DNA of 64,000 bases from an uncultured delta proteobacterium (GTDB lineage: Bacteria > Desulfobacterota > Binatia > Binatales > Binataceae). Below are positions 9,207-18,009 of this stretch, one piece after another; the first letter of the stretch is position 1, and the number at the start of each line of letters is the position of its first letter. A program made the translations under genes and the position numbers. The stretch is taken from NCBI GenBank assembly GCA_963765675.1, contig CAVXXK010000001.1:704001-768000 (forward strand), written 5' to 3'. The notes below the pieces were generated by a model. It had not been told where the DNA came from, made no database searches, and saw nothing but the letters and a program-made list of their open reading frames with translations.

Positions 9207-10423
9207 ACGTATCTGTAGGCCTGATTGAAAGACAATCCGCGGTTGAAGTGGAATTGACCGGCAGGTTTACGGACACTTCTGGCAAGCCGTACATTTCTGG
9301 GCGCTACAGATTTACTTCGGAAGTAACGCTTACTCCGTCGGACCTGGCATCCTGCGCATTTGCGCTGGAAGAGGTCACGATCGGAATCGGATTTCATTGG
9401 GAACGCAAGGAGCGCCAGGTATTCCGTGGAGCTCTTCGTCTCGTGAAACGAGAAGCCGGTCTGACGGTGATCAATGATATTTCACTCGAAGAGTATGTCA
9501 CGAGCGTGATTTCGTCCGAGATGAGCGCGTCGTGTCCTTTCGAACTGCTGAAAGCTCACGCGGTGATTTCGCGCAGCTGGATGTGGTTTCCGAAAGCAAA
9601 TCCTTCTCCGCCTGAGGGAGCGGAGAGTCAGGGTCTCAATTCCCATGAAATTCGTCGCTGGTATGGGCGCGAAGCACATCCGGATTTCGATGTGTGCGCC
9701 GACGACCACTGCCAGCGGTATCAGGGCATCACGAAAATGTTCTCTGTGGCTGCAGCCGACGCGGTTCGTGCAACGGCCGGCCAGTTTCTCCGTTACCGCG
9801 GCGCTATTTGCGACGCACGGTTTTCCAAGTCCTGCGGTGGAATAACCGAGCGCTACGCGACCGCTTGGGAAGATCAAGATATTCCCTACCTCAGATCTGT
9901 CTACGACGGTCCGGCGCAACCTCGCTCTTATAGTCCTGAGACATGGATTCGCTCCAGTCCGCCGGCCTACTGCAATACGGAGGATTCGGAGCTCCTGTCA
10001 CGCGTTCTCCCGGGGTTCGACCAGGAAACACGCGATTTCTTTCGATGGAAGGTCGCGTATACGCCCGAAGAACTCGCCGATCTGATCAGATCGAGGATCG
10101 CCGTGGACCTTGGTCCGATTCGCGACCTACGGGCACTCGCCCGAGGACCTTCAGGCCGAATATATCGGCTGAGGATCACCGGCAAACGCGATCACGTGAC
10201 CGTCGGTAAAGAACTGGAAATTCGCCGCGCTTTATCGCACACGCATCTCTACAGCTCTGCATTTGTCGTAGACAACGAGTCTGGCCTTTTCGTCTTGAGA
10301 GGAGCCGGCTGGGGACATGGTGTCGGTCTATGCCAGATCGGCGCGGCAGTCATGGCAAATGAGGGCAAGATCTACTCAGAAATCCTGCAGCATTACTATC
10401 GTGGGACCACCGTCAGCGTCTGA
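9203..10423 (+). CDS. SpoIID/LytB domain lytic transglycosylase
   Basis: LEEYVTSVISSEM, LKAHAVISRS, DVCADDHCQRYQG, GWGHGVGLCQIGA, ILQHYY. Confidence 0.9.
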   Translation: MNVSVGLIERQSAVEVELTGRFTDTSGKPYISGRYRFTSEVTLTPSDLASCAFALEEVTIGIGFHWERKERQVFRGALRLVKREAGLTVINDISLEEYVTSVISSEMSASCPFELLKAHAVISRSWMWFPKANPSPPEGAESQGLNSHEIRRWYGREAHPDFDVCADDHCQRYQGITKMFSVAAADAVRATAGQFLRYRGAICDARFSKSCGGITERYATAWEDQDIPYLRSVYDGPAQPRSYSPETWIRSSPPAYCNTEDSELLSRVLPGFDQETRDFFRWKVAYTPEELADLIRSRIAVDLGPIRDLRALARGPSGRIYRLRITGKRDHVTVGKELEIRRALSHTHLYSSAFVVDNESGLFVLRGAGWGHGVGLCQIGAAVMANEGKIYSEILQHYYRGTTVSV

Positions 10424-10568
10424 TTTCCGCGCCGCGCGCTGGCGCCGATCCTGGATCCGGCAGAAGCGAATGGATGAGCCCCATCGCGACGCGGACCGCG
10501 GCGCTATCCTTGCGCTTCTTTCACAAGCATCGTGACGCGCGTGGCTAACCGCGCGAGACGCGAGCCTC

Positions 10569-11120
10569 CTACTTCTTCGCGCCCGGCAGGAAATCGTCGA
10601 GCGGGACGCCGAAGCTGTTCAGCGCCCACGACACCAGGTTGTACTGGCCAATCGCAAAAACCACATCCATCATCTGCTCGGTGTTATATTTCTCCGCAAG
10701 CGTGGCCCATGTCTGGTCGGATACGACTGAGTTCTCGAACAGGTCGTCGGCGGCCTGGAGAATCGCGGCGTCGTGCCGGTTCCATCCGGCCTTCGGCCCC
10801 TTTTGGATCTGCTCGATCTCGGCGTCGGAGATCCCCGAGCGCTTGCCGATAATCACGTGCTGCTCCCATTCGTACGGCGCCTGGTTGAGCCATCCGATGC
10901 GCAGGATCGCGAGTTCGCGGTCGCGCGGCGGCAGCGTGGATTTGCCCAGCACGTGCGCCGCAAACACCATCCAGCGCCGCGCGAGCGCCGGATGGTTCAT
11001 CAGGACGCGAAAGATGTTGATGACCTGCCCGTTGATCTGGTTCTTGTCGGCGGTCTCGCGATCTTCGCCGGTCAGGGTGGATAGATCGCGAAACGGAAGA
11101 CGCTGCTTGCGTGGATTCAT
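10569..11120 (-). CDS. Carboxymuconolactone decarboxylase/AhpD-like protein
   Basis: NIFRVLMNHP, RDRELAILR, YEWEQH; start MNPRKQ. Confidence 0.85.
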   Translation of the reverse strand: MNPRKQRLPFRDLSTLTGEDRETADKNQINGQVINIFRVLMNHPALARRWMVFAAHVLGKSTLPPRDRELAILRIGWLNQAPYEWEQHVIIGKRSGISDAEIEQIQKGPKAGWNRHDAAILQAADDLFENSVVSDQTWATLAEKYNTEQMMDVVFAIGQYNLVSWALNSFGVPLDDFLPGAKK

Positions 11121-11343
11121 CGCTGACGCTCCATCAGTAGGGTTGAGGATGCGGCCGCACTCCGGCCCGCTTCGCTTATAGATCGACACGGCCGGATTCA
11201 CCAGAGCGCGGATCCTCTGAGGACAGCCCGAACGATCGTTAGGCTTGATCCTCGGCGCGCGCCTGCGCGATACTGCCTGTTGAACGGTCGGTATGTTAAT
11301 CGCGCTCTGCGCGTCCAACCGAACCCTGCGAGGAGACAGTGAG

Positions 11344-13065
11344 ATGCATGACCTGGTAATCCGAAACGGCAGAATTGTCGATGGCACGGGCGCGATTGCC
11401 TTTAATGGCGACATCGCGATCGATGGCGGCCGAATCTCGAGCATCGGCAAGAGGGCCGGCGCCGCACGGCGCGAAATCGACGCCGACGGGATGCTCGTCA
11501 CGCCCGGCTTCGTCGATATCCACACGCATTACGACGGCCAGGTCACCTGGGATCCATATCTGACCCCCTCTTCATGGCACGGCGTCACGACTCTTGTGAT
11601 GGGCAACTGCGGCGTCGGCTTCGCTCCGGTCCAACCCGACAAGCACGAATTTCTGATCGGCCTGATGGAAGGCGTCGAGGATATTCCTGGAACCGCGCTG
11701 GCCGAAGGAATCAAGTGGGGATGGGAAAGCTTTCCCGAATACATGGACGCCGTCGCCGCGATGCCGCGCGTGCTCGACGTTGGCGCGCAGGTGCCGCACG
11801 GCGCGGTGCGCGCCTACGTGATGGGCGAGCGCGGCGCGCATAACGAGGAAGCGACCGACGACGATATCCGCCGGATGGCGGACGTCGTACGCGAAGGGCT
11901 GCGCGCCGGCGCGTTAGGCTTCACTACCTCGCGCACGATGCTGCATCGCGCGAAGAACAAGGAAGTCGTTCCTGGCACCTACGCCAGCGAGGCCGAGCTG
12001 ATCGGAATCGGTCGCGTGCTCGGCGAAGTCGGCCACGGCGTGTTCGAGATGGCATCCGATATGGCGGGGCCCGACGCCACCATGGAGTGGATGATCAAGC
12101 TGTCCTCGGCGACGCGGCTGCCGATCACGTTTGCGATGGCACAGGTCGATTTCAATCCCGAGGGATGGCGCGTGATGCTCGATCGCGTGCGCGGCTACAA
12201 CTCCGATGGCGCTCATCTCGCTCCACAAATCTCGCCCCGCCCCACCGGAATGCTGATGGGGCTCGAGAGCTCGCTGCATCCGTTCATCACCCATCCGACC
12301 TATCATCGCGAGCTCGCGCATCTGCCGCTCGCCGAGCGCGTCGCACGGATGCGCAATCCTGAACTTCGAGCACGCCTGATCGCCGAAGAGCCGGGCACGC
12401 ATGAGCGGGTGACGCGCTACCTGGTGACCAACTTCTCGCGCTATTTTCCGCTCGGCGATCCTCCTGACTACGAACCCGCAAAGGATGCCAGCGTCGCGGC
12501 GCGCGCCGCGCGCGAGGGCCGCAGCCCGGTCGAGGTCACTTACGATCTCATGCTCGAACGCGAGGGCCGCGAGCTGCTCTACATGCCGTTTTCCAACTAC
12601 GCCGCCTACAATCTCGATGCCGTGCGCGAGATGATGCTCGATCCGGTCACGATGCTCGGCCTGAGCGACGGCGGCGCGCATTGCGGCCTCATCTGCGACG
12701 CGAGCATGCCGACCTATCTGCTGACGCACTGGGTGCGCGACCGCAGCCGCGGCGAGCGCCTGCCGGTCGAGTTCGTGGTCAAGCGCCAGACGCACGATAC
12801 CGCGCGGATGTATGGGCTCAACGATCGCGGAACGCTCGAAGCCGGAATGAAGGCAGACGTGAACGTGATCGATCTCGACGGGATGCGCCTGCATGCGCCG
12901 CACATGGTCTTCGATCTGCCCGCCGGCGGCCGCCGGTTGATCCAGCGCGCCGAGGGCTATCGCCATACGGTCGTCAGCGGCGAGGTCACGTTCGAAAATG
13001 GCGAGCCCACCGGAGCGATGCCGGGGAAATTGATTCGCGGCCCGCAGGCCGTCGCAACCGCCTGA
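11344..13065 (+). CDS. N-acyl-D-amino-acid deacylase family amidohydrolase
   Basis: [26 protein letters not shown]; GGAG RBS. Confidence 0.9.
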   Translation: MHDLVIRNGRIVDGTGAIAFNGDIAIDGGRISSIGKRAGAARREIDADGMLVTPGFVDIHTHYDGQVTWDPYLTPSSWHGVTTLVMGNCGVGFAPVQPDKHEFLIGLMEGVEDIPGTALAEGIKWGWESFPEYMDAVAAMPRVLDVGAQVPHGAVRAYVMGERGAHNEEATDDDIRRMADVVREGLRAGALGFTTSRTMLHRAKNKEVVPGTYASEAELIGIGRVLGEVGHGVFEMASDMAGPDATMEWMIKLSSATRLPITFAMAQVDFNPEGWRVMLDRVRGYNSDGAHLAPQISPRPTGMLMGLESSLHPFITHPTYHRELAHLPLAERVARMRNPELRARLIAEEPGTHERVTRYLVTNFSRYFPLGDPPDYEPAKDASVAARAAREGRSPVEVTYDLMLEREGRELLYMPFSNYAAYNLDAVREMMLDPVTMLGLSDGGAHCGLICDASMPTYLLTHWVRDRSRGERLPVEFVVKRQTHDTARMYGLNDRGTLEAGMKADVNVIDLDGMRLHAPHMVFDLPAGGRRLIQRAEGYRHTVVSGEVTFENGEPTGAMPGKLIRGPQAVATA

Positions 13066-13091
13066 ACGTCAACTCAAATCGAACCCCTCGG

Positions 13092-13127
13092 GGCGCGAGC
13101 GATCAACGTTCGCGCCTCGTCTTTTTT
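13092..13127 (+). terminator. Probable intrinsic terminator
   Basis: GGCGCGAGCG-ATCAA-CGTTCGCGCC followed by a T-run. Confidence 0.5.
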
Positions 13128-13219
13128 CCATTACCTCACATTTCGGTGCGCGCGGGGTCATAGCGTGATATCGAGTCATTATTGAGGGCCCCAATATCGC
13201 GCGCGATCGAGGACAACAC

Positions 13220-13627
13220 ATGGACTATCGCAATATGCTCGAAGATCAGCAGATTCCGCTCGCGAATCTGCTCGGAATCCGCTTTCTGACCGCCGAGCCT
13301 GAACGGGTGACCGCGGAGCTGGCCGTCCGCGCGGAAATCTGCACCGTCCCCGCGATTCTGCATGGCGGCGCGATCATGGCTTTCGCCGACACGCTCGGTG
13401 CGTGCGCGACGATGCTCAATCTGCCCAAGGGAGCGGGCACGACGACGCTCGAATCGAAGACTAATTTCCTTTCCGGCGCGCCGGTCGGCAGCAAGGTGAT
13501 CGGCGAATGCACTCCGATTCATCGCGGACGGAGCACGATGGTCTGGCAGACGCGGATCACGCTCGAAAGCGGCAAGCTGTGCGCGATCGTCACGCAGACC
13601 CAGATGGTGCTCCAGCCGCGCGTCTGA
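13220..13627 (+). CDS. PaaI family thioesterase
   Basis: LHGGAIMAFADTLGA, TTTLESKTNF, HRGRSTMVW. Confidence 0.9.
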   Translation: MDYRNMLEDQQIPLANLLGIRFLTAEPERVTAELAVRAEICTVPAILHGGAIMAFADTLGACATMLNLPKGAGTTTLESKTNFLSGAPVGSKVIGECTPIHRGRSTMVWQTRITLESGKLCAIVTQTQMVLQPRV

Positions 13628-14165
13628 TTTTGGCCGCGGCTGGTTGCGCCTCCAGCTTGTCCGAGAATTCGCGCAACGCTTCGTACCAGATAAGCTTGTC
13701 CTTGAAACCGGGAAAGCTCGCGTTGAGACCGCTAGGGTTCGGCAGAGCGAACACCCGCGCGCCCGCGATAGTTTCGGGTTTGACGCCAGCTCCTGGAGCC
13801 GCCGACGGGCCGAAGTAACGCCGATAGATGCTGACCCCAACGAACGCGACCACCTGCGGCTCGAGTTTGCGGATCTTCCGCGTGAGCACGCGCTCGCCAC
13901 GATCCAGCTCCTCGCGCCCAAGCTCCGACGCCGCACGAGTCGCGCGCGCACACACGTTGGTAATCGCAAACCCGAACTCCACGAGCCTGTGGTCATCTTC
14001 ATGCGTCAGCTCGATCGGCACCAGCCCCGATGCATGCATCAAGCGCCAGAACGGATTCGCGGGACCAGCAAAGTGATGGCCGGTGGACGCCGACCGCGGG
14101 CTGGGATTAATTCCCACCAATAAAATGCGCGGCCGATTGATCAGGATGTCGTGGAGACGGTGCAT
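13590..14165 (-). CDS. mug: G/U mismatch-specific uracil-DNA glycosylase
   Basis: VGINPS, HHFAGPANPFW, LPNPSGLNA. Confidence 0.85.
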   Translation of the reverse strand: MHRLHDILINRPRILLVGINPSPRSASTGHHFAGPANPFWRLMHASGLVPIELTHEDDHRLVEFGFAITNVCARATRAASELGREELDRGERVLTRKIRKLEPQVVAFVGVSIYRRYFGPSAAPGAGVKPETIAGARVFALPNPSGLNASFPGFKDKLIWYEALREFSDKLEAQPAAAKIRRAAGAPSGSA

Positions 14166-14215
14166 AAATCCCTTCTTTGCGATGCGGCGCAATTCGCGAT
14201 ATCCATAGGCGCATT

Positions 14216-15100
14216 GTGCGTGAAGAATTCTCGCTGATTAGCGCCGCCGATGGAATCACGATCGCGTGCTACCGATGGTTCGCACCGGAACCGGCGGTCG
14301 GCATCGTCCAGATTGCCCACGGGATGGGCGAGCATGCGTTGCGTTATACCGCCTTCGCCGACTATCTGAATCGCGCGGGCTTTCACGTCTATGCCAACGA
14401 TCATCGCGGCCACGGCCGCACCGCCGCAAAGCCTGACCAGCTCGGCGACTTCGGCGCGGCCGGATGGAACGGGCTGGTCGCAGATATGGCGCAACTCACG
14501 CGCCACGCGCAGGTCGAGCATCGCAGCCTGCCAATCGTCCTGCTCGGCCACAGCATGGGTTCGTTTGCCGCACAGCAGTACATCCTCGATCACAGCGAGC
14601 TTATCGCGGGTGTGATTCTTTCCGGGTCGGCTTCCCTGGATCGGCTTTTCGTCAGCTCTGCCGTGCCTGCGGATTCTTCAAAGCCGGCGGATTTGACCGC
14701 GCTCAATCGCGACTTCGAGCCGGCTCGCACGCCGTTCGACTGGCTGAGCCGCGATCCCGCCGAGGTCGATAAATATGTCGCCGATCCACTGTGCGGCTTC
14801 GGCATAGACGCGAAGGCGACCATCTCGATGGCGGCCGGCGGCGCTCGCACGGTCGATACCGCCGAGATTGCGCGAATCCGCAAGACCCTGCCGATCTACA
14901 TTTTCGCCGGAGACAAGGATCCGGTGAATCATCATCTGGAATGGCTGCGGCCGCTCGGCGAGCGCTATCGTGCCACCGGAGTCAAGAACCTCACCGAAAA
15001 ATTCTACCCGGACGGCCGCCACGAGATGCTCAACGAGATCAATCGCGCCGAAGTGATGCATGATACGGTCGAGTGGCTGCGCGCCGTAATCGCGAAGTAA
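14216..15100 (+). CDS. Alpha/beta hydrolase (lysophospholipase-like)
   Basis: HGMGEH, DHRGHG, GHSMG, RHEMLNE. Confidence 0.9.
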   Translation: MREEFSLISAADGITIACYRWFAPEPAVGIVQIAHGMGEHALRYTAFADYLNRAGFHVYANDHRGHGRTAAKPDQLGDFGAAGWNGLVADMAQLTRHAQVEHRSLPIVLLGHSMGSFAAQQYILDHSELIAGVILSGSASLDRLFVSSAVPADSSKPADLTALNRDFEPARTPFDWLSRDPAEVDKYVADPLCGFGIDAKATISMAAGGARTVDTAEIARIRKTLPIYIFAGDKDPVNHHLEWLRPLGERYRATGVKNLTEKFYPDGRHEMLNEINRAEVMHDTVEWLRAVIAK

Positions 15101-15157
15101 GTATTACTACTGCTCAGTCGGCAGTAGAATGCTATATCACTTTCGAGGGAGGGAACC

Positions 15158-15538
15158 GTGAAGATAGCAACACTGATAGTCAGGATCCTGCTCGGCTTGA
15201 TATTCATTATCTTTGGACTGAACGGCTTTCTGCATTTTCTGCCGACTCCCGCGATGCCCGCGGCGGCTGGACAATTCTTCGGAGCGCTCTTCGCTACTGG
15301 CTATATGATTCCGCTGCTGTTCGCGACTCAGTTGGTCGGCGGAATTCTTCTTATCATCGGAGTTATCGTTCCCTTCGCGTTAGTCATTCTCGCGCCAATC
15401 GTAGTAAATATATTTTTCTTTCACCTTGTCCTGGATCCGGGAGGATTCTCGCCCGCGATCGTAGTTATAATCTTCGAGTTATTTCTCGCGTGGCAGTACC
15501 GAGCTGCCTTTACCTCGCTGTTCGTTCCGGCGACGTAA
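15158..15538 (+). CDS. DoxX family membrane protein
   Basis: RILLGLIFIIFGLNGF, four TM helices, GGAGG RBS. Confidence 0.8.
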   Translation: MKIATLIVRILLGLIFIIFGLNGFLHFLPTPAMPAAAGQFFGALFATGYMIPLLFATQLVGGILLIIGVIVPFALVILAPIVVNIFFFHLVLDPGGFSPAIVVIIFELFLAWQYRAAFTSLFVPAT

Positions 15539-15575
15539 CGTCTCGAATCGGGCTCGGGCGCGCCTGCCTCACCCG

Positions 15576-16073
15576 CTATGCTCCAGCCGACGGAGCGGCG
15601 GCGATACTCTGTACGAGCAGGTCGAGCGCCTTGGCTGAGAACTCGTACATGTTCGCGACCCGGTCGGGGCTGCCGGTTTCGATTGTGAGCGAGCGCTCGA
15701 CAGGTCCCGCGACCGCGACGCAGCTGTGTCCCGGAGCGTCGCCGTAGCGATTGCCGGTGGGACCGCTCGCGCCAATCTCGCCGATAGCCCAGGTGGCGCC
15801 GAACCGCTCGCGCGCGCGCCGCGCCAGCGCCATCGAATATTGTTCCGTCACCGAGCGAAATCCCTTGAAGTCTTCATCCGGAATACCCAGCGCGCGACGC
15901 CCCTTGAGCGTATAGACCACGCCACCGCCGATAAAATATGCGGATGCGCCCGCGATGCTGAGAATTGCCGCCGAGATCAGTCCTCCAGTGGTCGATTCCG
16001 CCACGGCAACGCTTTCGCCGCGGCTGTTGAGCAGCGCCCCGATTCTTTCCGCGAACGGTATCAGCTCGCGCAT
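15576..16073 (-). CDS. CinA C-terminal/PncC-like NMN deamidase family protein
   Basis: VAVAESTTGGLISA, GASAYF, GASGPTG. Confidence 0.85.
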   Translation of the reverse strand: MRELIPFAERIGALLNSRGESVAVAESTTGGLISAAILSIAGASAYFIGGGVVYTLKGRRALGIPDEDFKGFRSVTEQYSMALARRARERFGATWAIGEIGASGPTGNRYGDAPGHSCVAVAGPVERSLTIETGSPDRVANMYEFSAKALDLLVQSIAAAPSAGA

Positions 16074-16120
16074 CTGCTTGTCCTCCCGATTCAGTGATCC
16101 GGATTCGATCACCCATCCGA

Positions 16121-16216
16121 TGGCGGAGGGGGGAGGGAGTCGAACCCTCCGGCAACAATATTAGCCGCCAAGCCGGTTTTGAAGACCGGTGGGGCCACCG
16201 GGCCCCTTCCTCCTCC
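16121..16216 (-). tRNA. selC: tRNA-Sec (anticodon UCA)
   Basis: 96 nt; 8-bp acceptor, 6-bp D stem GGGGCC/GGCCCC with 4-nt loop, anticodon loop CTTCAAA, long variable arm, T arm GAGGG-TTCGACT-CCCTC, GCCA end. Confidence 0.95.
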
Positions 16217-16319
16217 GATATAGCGACTCATGCCAGAAAGCCGTGCGGCGTCGCCACCGCGCGCGCGAACCTCAAATCGCGGCCACGATGGCGGGCCTCT
16301 CGTTCTCCGATACGGAGTC

Positions 16320-17099
16320 TCATTTGATGCTCTCCTGAAGGGCGATCATACTTCGCTGGCTGACTCTGATGAATCCTCTCCGGGGCCGATCCAGATCCAT
16401 GATCACGAGAATAACTAAAGTAATGATCAGAGACATTGTCACCGTAACCGAGAGGTTGCGCCAATCTCCTATCCCGCAGCCGAATCCTACAATTCCCATT
16501 GATAGAACTGCTACCAGAAAGAGAAGAAGTAGAACGGCCTCGGGCACGTGATTCTGTCTTGCGATGTCTCGCTTCGTATGGAGATCGATGACCTCGTTCA
16601 GCGAACTAATGAACAACCCCCCCGGGATGGAATGAGAATCCTGGTTGATTGCATCCATGGCTTGCGACCAGAGTTCTGTCTGCAACCGGTCGGTCGCCCT
16701 GTTAACTTCATCCAACCTCTCCGGATCGATTCCAGCCGCGTAGTATCTCAAGCGATCGGCGACGTACTCGCGCAGCAATGCGGCCACCTTGGTCCGATAT
16801 GGCTCCGCGAGCGCCTGCGAACGAAGGTAGGTGGTGCCAATTGCGTTCGCCTCTTCGAGGACCAATTGTCTTCGAGTCTCGAAACGTGACTCCGCCATCG
16901 CAAAAGAGAAAGCGAGCAGCAGAGCGAGCAGACCCACCATCGCAGCCTGCAGGGTCGTGAGTTCAGATTTTGCTGGGTCCTCGAGGCTGGTGCGAATCAC
17001 GCGCCCGCAACGAAAGCCAATTTCCGTCGCAATCAGCAGCAGTCCGAACAGCACCGTGACGACAAGGATTTCACTCCTTTGATACAGAAATTCAGCCAT
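16320..17099 (-). CDS. DUF4239-like membrane protein
   Basis: LLALLLAFSF, EEANAIGTTYLR, SLNEVID, IMDLDRPRRG. Confidence 0.8.
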   Translation of the reverse strand: MAEFLYQRSEILVVTVLFGLLLIATEIGFRCGRVIRTSLEDPAKSELTTLQAAMVGLLALLLAFSFAMAESRFETRRQLVLEEANAIGTTYLRSQALAEPYRTKVAALLREYVADRLRYYAAGIDPERLDEVNRATDRLQTELWSQAMDAINQDSHSIPGGLFISSLNEVIDLHTKRDIARQNHVPEAVLLLLFLVAVLSMGIVGFGCGIGDWRNLSVTVTMSLIITLVILVIMDLDRPRRGFIRVSQRSMIALQESIK

Positions 17100-17228
17100 G
17101 CGATCCGCTTCCTATGCGAGCAGATAGCCAGTGAGAGCCAAGGGCACGCGGACGGGCAAGGTCCCGGCCCATCATCTTCGCCACAAGATCTGGGTGTTCG
17201 AGACCTGTTTCAGGTCGCTCATCCAAGG

Positions 17229-17939
17229 TCAGCCGATCCAGCCACGATTCCGGAATCTGATCTTGAGCTCCTCTGCAATTGCATCGGCGGTCGCCTTGGC
17301 TCTACCTTCAAGTCCGCTCCTTCCGCTCGCCTCGCTATAGATTTTCGCCCCACCGACAACGATCAGGCCGATCGGGTTGGCGGTGGCAATCGCCACTGCG
17401 GCGGGCACGATCATCCCTGGGGTTTTGTTTCCGGAAGAGGTAAGCGTTCCTGACCCGAGTTTACGCCAGCCTTGAGGCGTGACCGCGTAGCCCTCCACCA
17501 CCGTATCCATCTCCGAAGTTCCGGCGCCGAATCCGATCACAAAACGCTGGACGGCGCTGCCGCCCTCGACCGAGACCAGATAACCGCGGATCACGCCGTC
17601 ACCGACTTGCGGCGACGATCCCGGCCCGGCCTGCACGGCGGAAAGTCCCATCGCGTTGATATCGGCAATCAGGTCCGCGGCGATAAGCTCGCCGAGCTGA
17701 CGGCCCTCTGCCAATTGCTCGGCGGTCGGTGGCGTGCTCGGCGCACTGATCGAACCTCTGATCGAGGAATCAGCGGGCATGTCGGCCGGGTTGGCGATGA
17801 AGTTGTACACCCAGATCCGATTGGGCCGCGCTAGCCCAGGGTTGCTCATCGGTGTCTGCTGAGTAACGTTCGTCGAAGCGCACCCGGCTACCAAGAACAG
17901 GGCGAGCACAGACAGTACAATACGGCTACTAGACCTCAT
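17229..17939 (-). CDS. DUF4410-like lipoprotein
   Basis: Lipobox VAGC; RFVIGFGAG and GNKTPG motifs; GGAGG RBS. Confidence 0.75.
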   Translation of the reverse strand: MRSSSRIVLSVLALFLVAGCASTNVTQQTPMSNPGLARPNRIWVYNFIANPADMPADSSIRGSISAPSTPPTAEQLAEGRQLGELIAADLIADINAMGLSAVQAGPGSSPQVGDGVIRGYLVSVEGGSAVQRFVIGFGAGTSEMDTVVEGYAVTPQGWRKLGSGTLTSSGNKTPGMIVPAAVAIATANPIGLIVVGGAKIYSEASGRSGLEGRAKATADAIAEELKIRFRNRGWIG

Positions 17940-18009
17940 CGGCGAACCTCCTTAAGGCAGTTGGCAGAGCTGATTACGATGCGGCATAGCTTAATCGACC
18001 GAGTCGAAT

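Noticed and set aside
11914-12966. Long antisense ORFs (also 36855..37799, 45642..46460, 48205..49095, 52368..53321)
   Set aside because: Expected shadows of high-GC coding strands opposite well-identified genes
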